A stretch of DNA of 64,000 bases from Candidatus Woesearchaeota archaeon (GCA_964591855.1 CAZQAZ010000001.1:7591-71590), one strand, 5' to 3'. Positions 29,832-38,984 are shown, counted from the first letter of the stretch. Made by a program: numbers and translations. The notes: generated by a model not told the origin, from the letters alone.

Positions 29832-30404
29832 ACTAACAATATCCACTCTCCCCTCTTCATATAATAACATCTTGTCTTCAAATGCAGGTTTCCCTTTCAA
29901 AGTTAAAATTACTTCATTAGCACATAAGGCTCCAATTATACCACAGACAGAAGGTTCAACATGTCTGTGGCATTCCACGAACACATCTTTGTTCTTGATT
30001 ACAGAATAAAAGTCTGACTTGTACACGTGTGCAAATCTTCCTTGGTTTCTTATAGCTGCTGTATGAAATAGCCTCTTTCCCTTTAAGTGACATAACCTAG
30101 CCAAGAGCTTTCGAGTTTCCATATTATCTGAACAATCTATAATTATATCTTCCTCATCAATATAAGACTCAAATCCAACATCAAACCTTTCCTTTACGCC
30201 TTTAAACTTGCAAAAGCTTGAGAGTTTCTCTTCAGCAACTTCAACCTTATACTTACCCACATCTTTCGGCCCATAGAGTATTTGTCTATTAAGATCGCTT
30301 TCATTAACCTCATCGAAGTCAAAGGCTGTGATGTTAACCCCTCTTCTGGCTAGAAACATAGCCACAGAACTTCCAGTCCCGCCAAGTCCTATTATGAGCA
30401 CCAT
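29814..30404 (-). CDS. ThiF/MoeB/HesA-family E1-like adenylyltransferase (minimal form).
   Basis: 196 aa. N-terminal dinucleotide-binding motif LIIGLGGTGSSVAMFLARRGV and a DxxDNxxxR-like DCSDNMETR, typical of ThiF/MoeB. Lacks the long Cys-rich C-terminal extension. Confidence 0.6.
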   Translation of the reverse strand: MVLIIGLGGTGSSVAMFLARRGVNITAFDFDEVNESDLNRQILYGPKDVGKYKVEVAEEKLSSFCKFKGVKERFDVGFESYIDEEDIIIDCSDNMETRKLLARLCHLKGKRLFHTAAIRNQGRFAHVYKSDFYSVIKNKDVFVECHRHVEPSVCGIIGALCANEVILTLKGKPAFEDKMLLYEEGRVDIVSLVPKS

Positions 30405-30483
30405 ACTTAATTACTACCATCCACACATTAAATACTTTAATAACCTTTTTAAACGAAGAGATTTTTGTTATAGTGGTGAGAAC

Positions 30484-30906
30484 ATGGTAAATGTAGTTGG
30501 AAATCAGATAACAAAGTTAGAAGCTTCTAAGAAGGAAGTTAAAGAGAGAGTAACGGAACTTAACTTCAACATCAAAACCAAAGTGGATAAAGTAGAAGTT
30601 AAGAGAAAGCTCGAGAACGACGTTAGCTTAGTCTCAGCAAAATATAGCTTAGTTATAGATTACGTATTTAAAAAGAAAAGCATAGCAAACATAACCTTCG
30701 AAGGCGAGATGCTTTTTGCCTACTCTCAAGATGCTGCTGAGAAATTAGTTAAAGAGTGGAAGAAGTCAAAGAAGCTTGAGAGGGGAATGGCAGCAGCTGT
30801 AAATAAAATTGGATTTGAGCAGTGTTTAGTTGAGGCCATAAACGTTGCTAGAATGTTAAAGTTGCCAAATCCTATACCCATTGGTAATCTTTTTAGGAAA
30901 CAATAA
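30484..30906 (+). CDS. Hypothetical cytosolic protein, coiled-coil-like.
   Basis: 140 aa from ATG 30484 (MVNVVGNQ...). The track ORF begins at 30328 but that part overlaps thiF on the opposite strand. No recognisable motifs. Confidence 0.35.
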   Translation: MVNVVGNQITKLEASKKEVKERVTELNFNIKTKVDKVEVKRKLENDVSLVSAKYSLVIDYVFKKKSIANITFEGEMLFAYSQDAAEKLVKEWKKSKKLERGMAAAVNKIGFEQCLVEAINVARMLKLPNPIPIGNLFRKQ

Positions 30907-30938
30907 TCTTAATAAATAGTTATTCCCTTATTTTTCTT

Positions 30939-31643
30939 ATGTACAGAAAAACAAAGAAATTAGTCCTTAGTGCTGTTTTGTTACTTTTACTTGCAGCCGT
31001 TGCTTATAATTCCTTACATCTTACAGGTTTATTCTTAGCTACAAGTGATTGGCAAAAGTATTGGGAGAACAGAGAGGTTCTTGAGATAGATAACTCTAAG
31101 GAGTACATCACACACTTTATCAAGTTTGGGATGTACAAGCCGAAGGTGTGTAGTGAGGGGATATGGGTAACGGATGGTTTCAATGACATAGACTTCCAAA
31201 CCTTCAATGAAACTTACTCCAATGGGTACTGTGTAAGTACGAATATAAAGTTTAGGAATCCGATTTACACCGAAAGGAAGATAAGCATAAGGCCTGTAAC
31301 AGCGCCTGAAAGACCTTCAAGAAGGGTTCTAATAACAGCCAAGGCTATTATGAACTCTATGAAAGTTTACGTTTACTATGGACGTAAGCCAGTCATTCCA
31401 GAGTATAACAAACTGCAAGATGATCCTAACTTTGACGTTGTGATTCAAAATGAAACCTTGGTAAATGGAACCCTTATTGTTACATTCTATCATACATCCG
31501 AAACACCGAGAAACATATCCATCCTTGGAAATGTTAACTACACACTCTCCGAGAACGTATCAAATGGTTATGAAGTTGTAGAGCTTAAGATATATGGGTG
31601 GAATGAGTACGGGCAGAACTACTTCCAGCTTGTTGTGGAATAA
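30939..31643 (+). CDS. Secreted/N-terminally anchored hypothetical protein.
   Basis: 234 aa, N-terminal hydrophobic segment LVLSAVLLLLLAAVAY, sequons. Confidence 0.45.
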   Translation: MYRKTKKLVLSAVLLLLLAAVAYNSLHLTGLFLATSDWQKYWENREVLEIDNSKEYITHFIKFGMYKPKVCSEGIWVTDGFNDIDFQTFNETYSNGYCVSTNIKFRNPIYTERKISIRPVTAPERPSRRVLITAKAIMNSMKVYVYYGRKPVIPEYNKLQDDPNFDVVIQNETLVNGTLIVTFYHTSETPRNISILGNVNYTLSENVSNGYEVVELKIYGWNEYGQNYFQLVVE

Positions 31644-31677
31644 AAAGGATTATATTTGTTAGAGGTTTAATTATTGT

Positions 31678-32541
31678 ATGAAAGTGGAGCTTCTTGCCTT
31701 TGATTCAATGGGAGTTAGATCCATGGCAACCTTCATTAAGACAAAAGACGTGGCCATAACAATAGACCCAGGTGTTTCTCTTGGCCCTTTAAGATACGGA
31801 TTAGAGCCGCACCCTCTTGAGTATAAGGAAGAGATCAAGAGATGGAACCTCATTGAAAAGAAAGCAAGGGACTCTGACATACTTATTATATCTCATTATC
31901 ATTACGATCATTATAACCCAGATAAGCCTGACTTATACTCAAATAAGATTGTTTTCATAAAAGATCCTAAGAACAAGATAAATCAAAGTCAAAAGAGGAG
32001 AGCAAGTTCTTTCATACCGCAAATAGAGCCTCTTGTGAAATCTTTGGACATAGCGGATGGGAGAGATTTTAAATTTGGAAGTACAAAGATATCTTTCTCT
32101 CCACCAGTCTTCCATGGAAAGAATGCAAGACTTGGGTACGTGGTACAAACGTTAATTGACGATGGAAAGAAGAGAATAATCCATACTTCGGACATAGAGG
32201 GGCCATGTAATGAGATTCAAATAGATTTCATACTTAGGAACAAGCCAAATATTGTCATAATGGATGGGCCCCTTACTTATATGTTAGGATATAGAATGTC
32301 TTATGATGACTTAAACAAGGCAAAGAACTTGCTTAAGAAAGTCTTGGCTATGAAATCCTTAGAGGTTTTGGTATACGACCATCACTTCATGAGAGACCTT
32401 AAGTGGGAAGAAAGAATAGCTGACCTGTTCAAGTATGCTAAGGAACACAACTCTAAGATCATGCCTGCATCAAGGTTCATGGGCGAAAAGCTAAACATTC
32501 TTGAAGCAAGAAGAAAAGAACTTTGGGAGCAAGAGATCTAA
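31678..32541 (+). CDS. Metallo-beta-lactamase-fold hydrolase (UPF0282-like).
   Basis: 287 aa. The ISHYHYDHY motif (HxHxDH) and downstream His/Asp residues fit MBL-fold proteins of the archaeal UPF0282 type. Confidence 0.5.
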   Translation: MKVELLAFDSMGVRSMATFIKTKDVAITIDPGVSLGPLRYGLEPHPLEYKEEIKRWNLIEKKARDSDILIISHYHYDHYNPDKPDLYSNKIVFIKDPKNKINQSQKRRASSFIPQIEPLVKSLDIADGRDFKFGSTKISFSPPVFHGKNARLGYVVQTLIDDGKKRIIHTSDIEGPCNEIQIDFILRNKPNIVIMDGPLTYMLGYRMSYDDLNKAKNLLKKVLAMKSLEVLVYDHHFMRDLKWEERIADLFKYAKEHNSKIMPASRFMGEKLNILEARRKELWEQEI

Positions 32542-32555
32542 CCTCCAATTTTTGT

Positions 32556-33899
32556 CTACTTTCTCTTTGATTTGTAAAGCTCATACAAAGTTAGGATAAG
32601 GAGTGCAATTACAAGTAAGAGTACAAGCCAATCAAATGGCTTGTTTGGGGGGTACACGAACACAGTTCGGTTTACGTAAACTGTTTCTCTCTCTGGGAGG
32701 ACAGTTATGTTCAGCTCCTTAAAGTAAAGTGTAGAGTCTTTTTGTTTAACGATTAGACTTATCTTCTGAAGCCCAGTTTCATTGGCTTGGAAAGTTATTG
32801 TTTTAGTAGCCTTGTATTCACTCTCATTACTGTACTCTCCTAAGAGAATCAATCCACTTGAGTAATCCAACACATAACTTAGGTTAAGTTCTACATTGGA
32901 ACTTGTAGTCACTGAGACATTGAATACATCCCCCAATAATGCAAGATTTGGATATTCTAAGAATATATTGTAGCTAGGCTCTGATATGTACACAACACCT
33001 GTTGGACACGTTCCTCCAGATCCTCCACCTCCAGATGGACAGTAATATGTGATAAAGGTATCTTCTACCCAAGAAGAACAAGCCCCATACTTATCACATG
33101 TCCTTACCCTCCACGAATATTTCTCAAAATAAGATAAGTTTGACTCATACTGCGGAGAGATGGCAGGACTTATTACATTCCCGCCGTTGAACTGGTACTC
33201 ATCATAAACATCGTCTCCATCTGGATCCACACCTGATTCCCAAGACAAAGCTACACTTAGTTGTTGAGTATTGTCTTGGTCTGTGAGTGTTGGAGGTGAA
33301 GGAGGATGATTAATAACTGTGAAGGTGTCATAAACCCAATCTGAACATGAATAATCATTACATGTTCTTACTCCCCATTTATATGTTCCAGGGGGAAGGG
33401 AAACCCTATAGCTATTCCCAGTTGGGTAATACACAGTTCCATCAATAATAAGCTGGTCAGAGGTGTTTAGCCCATTTGGATCTGAACCAGAAGTCCAGTT
33501 TAAGATTACATCTCCAGTATGTGTATCGTTTACATCTTCTAATGTTGGATTTGTAGGTGGCGTGGACAAAGTTAAGTTTAAGTATCCAGCTTGGTATTGA
33601 TCTGCTTGTGTTTCACCTGAACCTTCGAGATCGTTGAAGCTTGCTTGAACTCTTATCGTCCCACCAGGCTCAACATTAAGATTAGCGATTACATAATAAC
33701 CATTAGAATCTGATAAGGTCTGTCCGGAGCATCCACTTCCACTACACCCAACAACTGTTGCATTGACGGTTGCTCCTTGAATCAGATTCCCGTTGAAATC
33801 TTTAATATAGCCCTCAACAGTCCCCAAGTATATCTGAGCATAACTTGCTCCAATTACAAAAAACGCAAGCATAAAGACAGCAAACTTCAGTCTGGTCAT
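32556..33899 (-). CDS. Type-I membrane-anchored surface protein with CarbopepD-like and two FN3-like domains.
   Basis: 447 aa. Signal peptide. Two FN3-like repeats of the form TNPTLEDVNDTHTGDVILNWTSG...YKWGVRTCNDYSCSDW and LTDQDNTQQLSVALSWESG...YSWRVRTCDKYGACSSW. A Gly-rich CPSGGGGSGGTCP segment. C-terminal TM plus KSKRK tail. Confidence 0.6.
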   Translation of the reverse strand: MTRLKFAVFMLAFFVIGASYAQIYLGTVEGYIKDFNGNLIQGATVNATVVGCSGSGCSGQTLSDSNGYYVIANLNVEPGGTIRVQASFNDLEGSGETQADQYQAGYLNLTLSTPPTNPTLEDVNDTHTGDVILNWTSGSDPNGLNTSDQLIIDGTVYYPTGNSYRVSLPPGTYKWGVRTCNDYSCSDWVYDTFTVINHPPSPPTLTDQDNTQQLSVALSWESGVDPDGDDVYDEYQFNGGNVISPAISPQYESNLSYFEKYSWRVRTCDKYGACSSWVEDTFITYYCPSGGGGSGGTCPTGVVYISEPSYNIFLEYPNLALLGDVFNVSVTTSSNVELNLSYVLDYSSGLILLGEYSNESEYKATKTITFQANETGLQKISLIVKQKDSTLYFKELNITVLPERETVYVNRTVFVYPPNKPFDWLVLLLVIALLILTLYELYKSKRK

Positions 33900-33926
33900 T
33901 GATTTAATTAAACGTTCTCAGTTTAT

Positions 33927-34577
33927 TTAGCTTTCTAAGTAAGATACATTATAATAAACAAAGCTCTTATCATAAGTTAAAAGGAAGAACCCTTCACCCA
34001 TCCTAATAACAGTAAACTCAGGAACAGCAGACCTTGGAGAATAAATCAAAAACCTTTGAGTTACATTGTCCCATTTAAGTGCATATCTATAGCTTGGCGT
34101 GTAACTCAATACTTTTTGTATGGTTGAGTTGAATTGATACGGGAATGGAAGTGCATTCCACCCCTTTGTTGTACTTATGTTCAAATCCCCAAATTCCACA
34201 TCTGATCCTAAGTACTCTTTCTCACTTCCAGTAAAGAGTATGAAGAAACTCTCATTGTAATCTAAGTACTCGAACTCAGGATTAGCAGCTCTTGGCGAGT
34301 AAACTAAGAACTTCTGTGATGGTTCATCCCATTTCAAAACATACCTATACTCACCTTCTATTTGTTTCATCAGCTCTTTAACGCTGTAGTTTGTTTCATT
34401 CCCACACAAAGAGACTTGATTCCATCCCGGCCTTAAGGTAAAATAACAATCCCCCAAAACAACAACCCTAGAGCTTACTAAAACGTTTCCAGTTATGCTT
34501 GTGTTTAAGTGTAGTAAGAAGATGTTAGCAAGTGATAAAACAATAGCAAGCATAAACAAGATGTGCTCTTTGTTCAT
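33927..34577 (-). CDS. Secreted protein with two tandem roughly 90-aa repeats (hypothetical).
   Basis: 216 aa, N-terminal signal/anchor. Repeat 1 is RYVLKWDEPSQKFLVYSPRAANPEF...FFILFTGSEKEY. Repeat 2 is RYALKWDNVTQRFLIYSPRSAVPEF...FFLLTYDKSF. Confidence 0.5.
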   Translation of the reverse strand: MNKEHILFMLAIVLSLANIFLLHLNTSITGNVLVSSRVVVLGDCYFTLRPGWNQVSLCGNETNYSVKELMKQIEGEYRYVLKWDEPSQKFLVYSPRAANPEFEYLDYNESFFILFTGSEKEYLGSDVEFGDLNISTTKGWNALPFPYQFNSTIQKVLSYTPSYRYALKWDNVTQRFLIYSPRSAVPEFTVIRMGEGFFLLTYDKSFVYYNVSYLES

Positions 34578-34677
34578 ACAAACTTAAAGACTTTTTAGTT
34601 TAAATTCTTTCACAACCTTTATAAATAGAGGAATAGATTCATAAAGAAGGGATGATGGATAGGCCTGAGCCTAAGGA

Positions 34678-35208
34678 GTGATGAGTATGGGTTTGTACAA
34701 ATACCTTACTAAGCTTTGGAGAAAGCCAACAGACGAAATAAAAGACGTAAGAAAGAAAAGATTAATTGAATGGAGAAAGCAGCCTTCTATAGTTAGAGTA
34801 GATAAACCAACAAGAATAGATAAGGCCAGGAGACTAGGATACAAAGCAAAGCAGGGATTTGTGATAGTAAGAGTTAAGGTTAAAAAGGGAGGAAGAGAAA
34901 AGCCAAGGCCAAGGAAAGGAAGAAGGCCAAAGAGAATGGGGGTTAAGAAATACACACCTGCTAAATCACATCAAAGAATAGCAGAGGAAAGAGCAGCAAG
35001 GAAGTACAGGAACTTAGAAGTCCTTAACTCATACTATGTTGGGGACGATTCGGTACATGAGTGGTATGAGGTAATTATGGTGGATCCATACCACCCAGCC
35101 ATAAGGAAAGATAAGGACATAAAGTGGATTGCAGAGAAGCAGCACAGAGGAAGAGCATTTAGAGGCTTAACTTCTGCAGGTAAGAAAGGAAGGGGATTAA
35201 GAGCATGA
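34678..35208 (+). CDS. rpl15e: 50S ribosomal protein L15e.
   Basis: 176 aa, strongly similar to archaeal L15e ([57 protein letters not shown]). Confidence 0.9.
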   Translation: MMSMGLYKYLTKLWRKPTDEIKDVRKKRLIEWRKQPSIVRVDKPTRIDKARRLGYKAKQGFVIVRVKVKKGGREKPRPRKGRRPKRMGVKKYTPAKSHQRIAEERAARKYRNLEVLNSYYVGDDSVHEWYEVIMVDPYHPAIRKDKDIKWIAEKQHRGRAFRGLTSAGKKGRGLRA

Positions 35209-35534
35209 TACCTGGAATGAACCCAAATCAGCTTAAGAAAATAATGAAGATGTTAAATGCTAAAGAGCTAGACGTGTCTGAGGTAATCTTCCATATGAGC
35301 GATGGCAGCAAAAAGAAAGTAGAAAGTCCTGAAGTTACAGTAATGAATCTTATGGGAGAGAAGATTATACAAGTTAAAGGAGAATTGCAGGATGTGGAGG
35401 AAAAACCAAAAATAACAGACGATGACATTAAGTTAGTAGCAGAGAAAGCTCAAGTTTCTGAGGAGGAAGCAAGAAGAGCGTTAGAAGAGACGAATGGAGA
35501 CATAGCAGAAGCAATACTTAAGCTTACTTCTTGA
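35205..35534 (+). CDS. nac: Nascent polypeptide-associated complex protein (NAC alpha homolog).
   Basis: 109 aa with N-terminal [13 protein letters not shown] (NAC domain) and C-terminal UBA-like [23 protein letters not shown]. Start ATG overlaps the L15e stop (ATGA). Confidence 0.8.
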   Translation: MIPGMNPNQLKKIMKMLNAKELDVSEVIFHMSDGSKKKVESPEVTVMNLMGEKIIQVKGELQDVEEKPKITDDDIKLVAEKAQVSEEEARRALEETNGDIAEAILKLTS

Positions 35535-35850
35535 GCTCTTTAGACTTTTTTGGACTTATAGGTATTCTTTTCTTTTTGCCACATTCTTTGCATGTATATT
35601 CTATAACTTTCTTCTTAATCCTTTTCACAACATTATCCCCCACAACCCAAAAAGCTCCACAGTTTTTACAAAACTGTCTTTTATACTCAAGAGGCATTCT
35701 TAAATTAACTTTCATTGCTATTTTCCTTGCGATGTAAACGTATCTGTTAGCAAGATCTTTTCTACCCCTTTTATACTCTTCCTTTGCAAGTTTGAAAAGT
35801 ATCTTAATCCTTTCCAGCGCAAGCTTTTCTAGATCTCTTTGCTTTCGCAT
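35524..35850 (-). CDS. rnp4: RNase P protein component 4 (Rpp21/Rpr2).
   Basis: 108 aa. YVYIARKIAMKVNLRMP and CKNCG...CKECG zinc ribbon, typical of archaeal Rpp21. Convergent with NAC; the 3' ends overlap by 11 nt. Confidence 0.75.
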   Translation of the reverse strand: MRKQRDLEKLALERIKILFKLAKEEYKRGRKDLANRYVYIARKIAMKVNLRMPLEYKRQFCKNCGAFWVVGDNVVKRIKKKVIEYTCKECGKKKRIPISPKKSKELKK

Positions 35851-35874
35851 ACAAAAATTAGAAAGAGTATACTC

Positions 35875-36018
35875 TTAAATCTTGTTGTTGCATTCTTCAC
35901 ATACGTATACTTCCTTACCTTCTGTTTTAATTACATACTTTGCTTCATTCTTACAGTAATGACATTTTCTCCCCTTTTCTTTTAATTCTTCTCTGACTAA
36001 ACCTCCATTTATTTGCAT
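35875..36018 (-). CDS. Small zinc-ribbon protein (47 aa), not in the ORF track.
   Basis: Translated by hand as MQINGGLVREELKEKGRKCHYCKNEAKYVIKTEGKEVYVCEECNNKI. CxxC-x17-CxxC pattern. Lies immediately upstream of rnp4 on the same strand. Too short to identify (RpoP-like and other Zn ribbons are possible). Confidence 0.3.
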   Translation of the reverse strand: MQINGGLVREELKEKGRKCHYCKNEAKYVIKTEGKEVYVCEECNNKI

Positions 36019-36097
36019 GAGTTCTTCACCTCAAAACCAAATCAAATTTGAAGAAAGTGTTAGAGCATTGCCCTTTCCCTCGCTATGGGAAGTACTC

Positions 36098-36175
36098 GGG
36101 CAATCGTCTTGCGGCTTAACTTCCGTGGTCGAGACGAGAACGGGTGTTTCCCGCAAGACTATGGCCCTAACATTT
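36098..36175 (+). ncRNA. Candidate structured small RNA (hairpin followed by an ACA trinucleotide) in a roughly 200-nt gene-free gap.
   Basis: gggc(aatcg)tcttgcgg-[35 nt with internal ccgt/acgg pairing]-ccgcaaga(ctat)ggccc, then ta-ACA. This gives a 4-bp lower stem, a small internal loop, an 8-bp upper stem, and ACA 2 nt after the helix. It loosely resembles an H/ACA guide architecture. No C/D boxes and no SRP RNA motifs. Strand is uncertain. Confidence 0.15.
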
Positions 36176-36226
36176 CCTTTTACTCTAAAATCTTTTATAA
36201 AGATTTCTATCAATGCTTTATCTATG

Positions 36227-36910
36227 TTAGTTTTTATCTTCAAGTCTTGCTTTCTTGATCAAGAACATTCCTGCGGAGCCATCCCATACAGTTTCTGCTT
36301 CTTCTATTTTGATTCTCTTCTTGAATATAGGACCGTCTATAACAAGAGTTTCAAACTCCCCACCTTCTCCAGCAGTACATATATAGCAAGTGTTATGCAA
36401 ATCACAGAGTTGTTTAAATGCGAATAAGTCTATTTCCTTTCCAAGCCATTCTTTTTCTAGTCCACCAGCTGCCACACCTGTTATTATGATCTTAAATCCA
36501 GCCCCAAGAATGTCAAGCAAAAGTGTCTTCGGATCCTTATGCCACAATGGAGCTATAGACTCCAAACCCAACTCTTCACATATCTTATCTATTCTTGACT
36601 TTTGATATGTGGAAGCAATGGCCCCTGAAACAATACCTTCTATACCATACTTTTCTTTAGCTTCTTTTATTGCTTCTTTCAAATCTTCAAGCTCTTTTTC
36701 TTTCTCACCTTTTGTGGTTTTGAATATCTGAGGAATGCCTATTGCTTCTGCTTGTAACTTTGTAACCTCTATAGAAGGATAGTGAAACATGTAAGACTCA
36801 GGATTTAAAGGCTTAAGCGTTATTAAGACTACAACTTCATGCTCTTTCATGGCTTTGTACAAAGAATACACACTATCCTTTCCCCCTGAGAAAAGCACAC
36901 CAACTTTCAT
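36227..36910 (-). CDS. dph6: Diphthine-ammonia ligase (Dph6; MJ0570-family PP-loop ATPase).
   Basis: The PP-loop N-terminus MKVGVLFSGGKDS and the GIEGIVSGAIASTYQKSRIDKICEELGL and EGGEFETLVIDGP motifs are typical of the MJ0570/Dph6 family. Start ATG 36910 overlaps the stop of the upstream HAD gene (ATGA). The track extension to 36964 is unlikely. Confidence 0.7.
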   Translation of the reverse strand: MKVGVLFSGGKDSVYSLYKAMKEHEVVVLITLKPLNPESYMFHYPSIEVTKLQAEAIGIPQIFKTTKGEKEKELEDLKEAIKEAKEKYGIEGIVSGAIASTYQKSRIDKICEELGLESIAPLWHKDPKTLLLDILGAGFKIIITGVAAGGLEKEWLGKEIDLFAFKQLCDLHNTCYICTAGEGGEFETLVIDGPIFKKRIKIEEAETVWDGSAGMFLIKKARLEDKN

Positions 36911-37524
36911 ACTACACCCAACACCTTTCTTAAATCGTTTATTACATAATCTGCTTTTTTCCAATTTTTGATTCTGTGGTATTTGGTATACAATATAAAC
37001 ATTACTCTTGCTGCTTTGGCTGCTGATAAGTCATGTTCAGAGTCCCCAACGAATGCAACTTCTTCCCCTTTCAACTTAAACTTTCTTTTGATGAGATTAA
37101 GCCCTTCAGGATGAGGTTTGAAGTGTTTAACCTTACTTGAGTCAACAATGAAGTCATAAGCTTTAAACTTAAGGCACTTTGTAAGGGCTTTAAGTTCCGT
37201 GGGTGTTTCTTGTGTTAGAAGACATATCTTCTTCCCCTTCTCCTTAAGCTTTTTTAGAACGTAACTAGCATAAGGAGAAGGTTTTGCTATCTTGTAATAC
37301 CTTCTAGCCACAAGCTTTTGTTTATCCTTGATTACGTCTTTTATCTCTTTTGAACTCATGTTTGGAAAGTTCTTTTCTAGTAGTTCCTCATTGGACCATC
37401 CGTACACGAACTTTATCTTCTTGCGATAACCTCTTCTCTTTAAAATCTCTTCAAATGCTTTTAGGTGTAGTTCATCCGCATCTACTAAAGTCATATCAAC
37501 ATCAAACACTACACACTTGATCAT
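36907..37524 (-). CDS. HAD-superfamily hydrolase (phosphatase-like).
   Basis: 205 aa. HAD motif I VVFDVDMTLVD, motif III K, motif IV FVGDSEHD. Confidence 0.65.
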   Translation of the reverse strand: MIKCVVFDVDMTLVDADELHLKAFEEILKRRGYRKKIKFVYGWSNEELLEKNFPNMSSKEIKDVIKDKQKLVARRYYKIAKPSPYASYVLKKLKEKGKKICLLTQETPTELKALTKCLKFKAYDFIVDSSKVKHFKPHPEGLNLIKRKFKLKGEEVAFVGDSEHDLSAAKAARVMFILYTKYHRIKNWKKADYVINDLRKVLGVV

Positions 37525-37575
37525 ATCAACTCTATGCTCTAAAAGTTTATAATGCTTTATTTGCTTGTATTGTGT

Positions 37576-37953
37576 ATGAGAGCCGTGGCAGGTATACTAA
37601 ATAACAATGGAATGGTGCTGATAGTGAGGTATAAGAATCCTATCAGAGAAGAGTACCAGTGGTTTTTCCCAATGGTTAAGTTAGATGAGGGCGTATCTCC
37701 AAAAAAGGAGATAAAAGAATACTTCAAGGAGAAGTTTAATCTCGATGTGGATATTACTGGAGACGTAATAAAGTTTGAGCCAAGTTATGATCCTGAGACC
37801 ATAATCTACATTTATCCACTTAAGATAAGTGGAGGATTCCTAAAGTCTTCAGGCGACTTTGAGATAGTTAAGTGGATAAACCCTAAAGAAGTTCCAAAGT
37901 ACTTCTCTGCAAGATTGACTTACAATATAAGTAAGTTTCTAGATCTTGAGTGA
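37576..37953 (+). CDS. Small hypothetical protein, possibly a divergent Nudix-fold protein.
   Basis: ATG 37576 (MRAVAGILNNNGMVLIVRYK...). The N-terminus resembles a Nudix fold start, but the Nudix box is not convincingly intact. The stop overlaps the tRNA-Arg(CCT) 3' end on the opposite strand. Confidence 0.3.
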   Translation: MRAVAGILNNNGMVLIVRYKNPIREEYQWFFPMVKLDEGVSPKKEIKEYFKEKFNLDVDITGDVIKFEPSYDPETIIYIYPLKISGGFLKSSGDFEIVKWINPKEVPKYFSARLTYNISKFLDLE

Positions 37954-38024
37954 GCCTGGCGGGATTTGAACCCGCGACCTGCAGCTTAGGAGGCTGCCGC
38001 CCTTCCAGACTAGGCTACAGGCTC
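37951..38024 (-). tRNA. tRNA-Arg(CCT).
   Basis: Minus-strand read gagcctgtagcctagtctggaagggcggcagcctCCTaagctgcaggtcgcgggTTCAAATcccgccaggctc + a. 7-bp acceptor stem, anticodon loop ctCCTaa. Confidence 0.85.
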
Positions 38025-38057
38025 ATTTTAAAATAAAGAATTCTGATTTAAAAGCTT

Positions 38058-38942
38058 TTATTTGAATCTTAAATCAGAAGCTGCTCTTTCCGGGAAGATT
38101 CTGTTGATTGTTATGTTCCTGCTTTTCTGTAACCATGTTGGGTACAGCTCAATGTGAAAATGGAAGTCCTGCATCTTCTGAGCGACAGGACTTTCGTGGA
38201 ATGTAAAGTTGTAATCAAGATTAAGTTTGACAAGCTTCCTTGTCAGGTTTCTTAATATCTCAGCCAGTTCGTAAAGCTGGTTGTCATTTAGCATAGTGAA
38301 CCTTTGGATATGTTTCTTAGGTAGGATCCATGTTTCGTAAGGACTTAATGAAGCATAAGGAGCTAGAACAATAAACTCCTTACTCTCATACACCTTCCTT
38401 TCTTCCTTCTCTTGTTTTATTAAATTGCAGAACATGCACTCCTCTTTTCTTTTGTAGTATGCATTATACTCCATAAGCTCATCCTTAAGCTTGTCTGGAA
38501 CCTTTGGTAGGGTAAAAATTCTTGTAAATGAGTGATCAAAATACGCTTTCTCTACAACGACGCTTTCCACTTTGTCTCTAGTCTTTAACTCTTCTATCCT
38601 TTTCTTGTAGACATAAAAGCAAAGACTGATTTGGTTTGTGGTTAGTTCATGAAATGGCTTATGCTTTGGAGTTTCAATTACAATCTCTGAGTACCCGTGG
38701 GCTGGTGCTTTTGAGAAGAATGTACCAAGCCCTTCAATCTTAAATCTTGATGGGTGAGTTGGAGGATAAGGATCTTCTATTACCTTGACCTGCCATGGTT
38801 CTCTTTGCTTACCTCTTGAATTAACAAAGAAGATTGGCTTTGTTTCTTCACAAAGCATGCACTTCTCTTGCTTCGTACCTGTGATTGGAGAGTACAAAAC
38901 CCACTTATCAAGGAAGTAGTCTCTTCTTAACTCATTCTTCAT
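38058..38942 (-). CDS. GalT-family (HIT-like) hexose-1-phosphate nucleotidyltransferase.
   Basis: 294 aa. Two half-domains with CMLCEE and CMFCNL Cys pairs and an HFHIE (HxHxQ-like) active-site motif, as in galactose-1-phosphate uridylyltransferase class I. Confidence 0.6.
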   Translation of the reverse strand: MKNELRRDYFLDKWVLYSPITGTKQEKCMLCEETKPIFFVNSRGKQREPWQVKVIEDPYPPTHPSRFKIEGLGTFFSKAPAHGYSEIVIETPKHKPFHELTTNQISLCFYVYKKRIEELKTRDKVESVVVEKAYFDHSFTRIFTLPKVPDKLKDELMEYNAYYKRKEECMFCNLIKQEKEERKVYESKEFIVLAPYASLSPYETWILPKKHIQRFTMLNDNQLYELAEILRNLTRKLVKLNLDYNFTFHESPVAQKMQDFHFHIELYPTWLQKSRNITINRIFPERAASDLRFK

Positions 38943-38984
38943 GATTAAGAAAGTTTATAAAACTATTTTAACCTTTCTAAGTTT

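Noticed and set aside
30328-30483. 5' extension of ORF 30328-30906.
   Set aside because: It overlaps the thiF-like gene on the opposite strand. A clean start exists at ATG 30484, downstream of an A/T-rich promoter-like stretch.
36020-36226. SRP (7S) RNA or C/D-box sRNA in the rnp4-dph6 gap.
   Set aside because: No RUGAUGA/CUGA boxes are present, and no conserved SRP helix-8 or Alu-domain motifs could be found by eye. Only a generic hairpin+ACA candidate is retained.
36017-36427. Track ORFs 36017-36427 (+) and 36031-36243 (-) across the rnp4-dph6 gap.
   Set aside because: The translations are low-complexity and overlap the dph6 coding region on the other strand. The region more plausibly holds a non-coding RNA (see finding).
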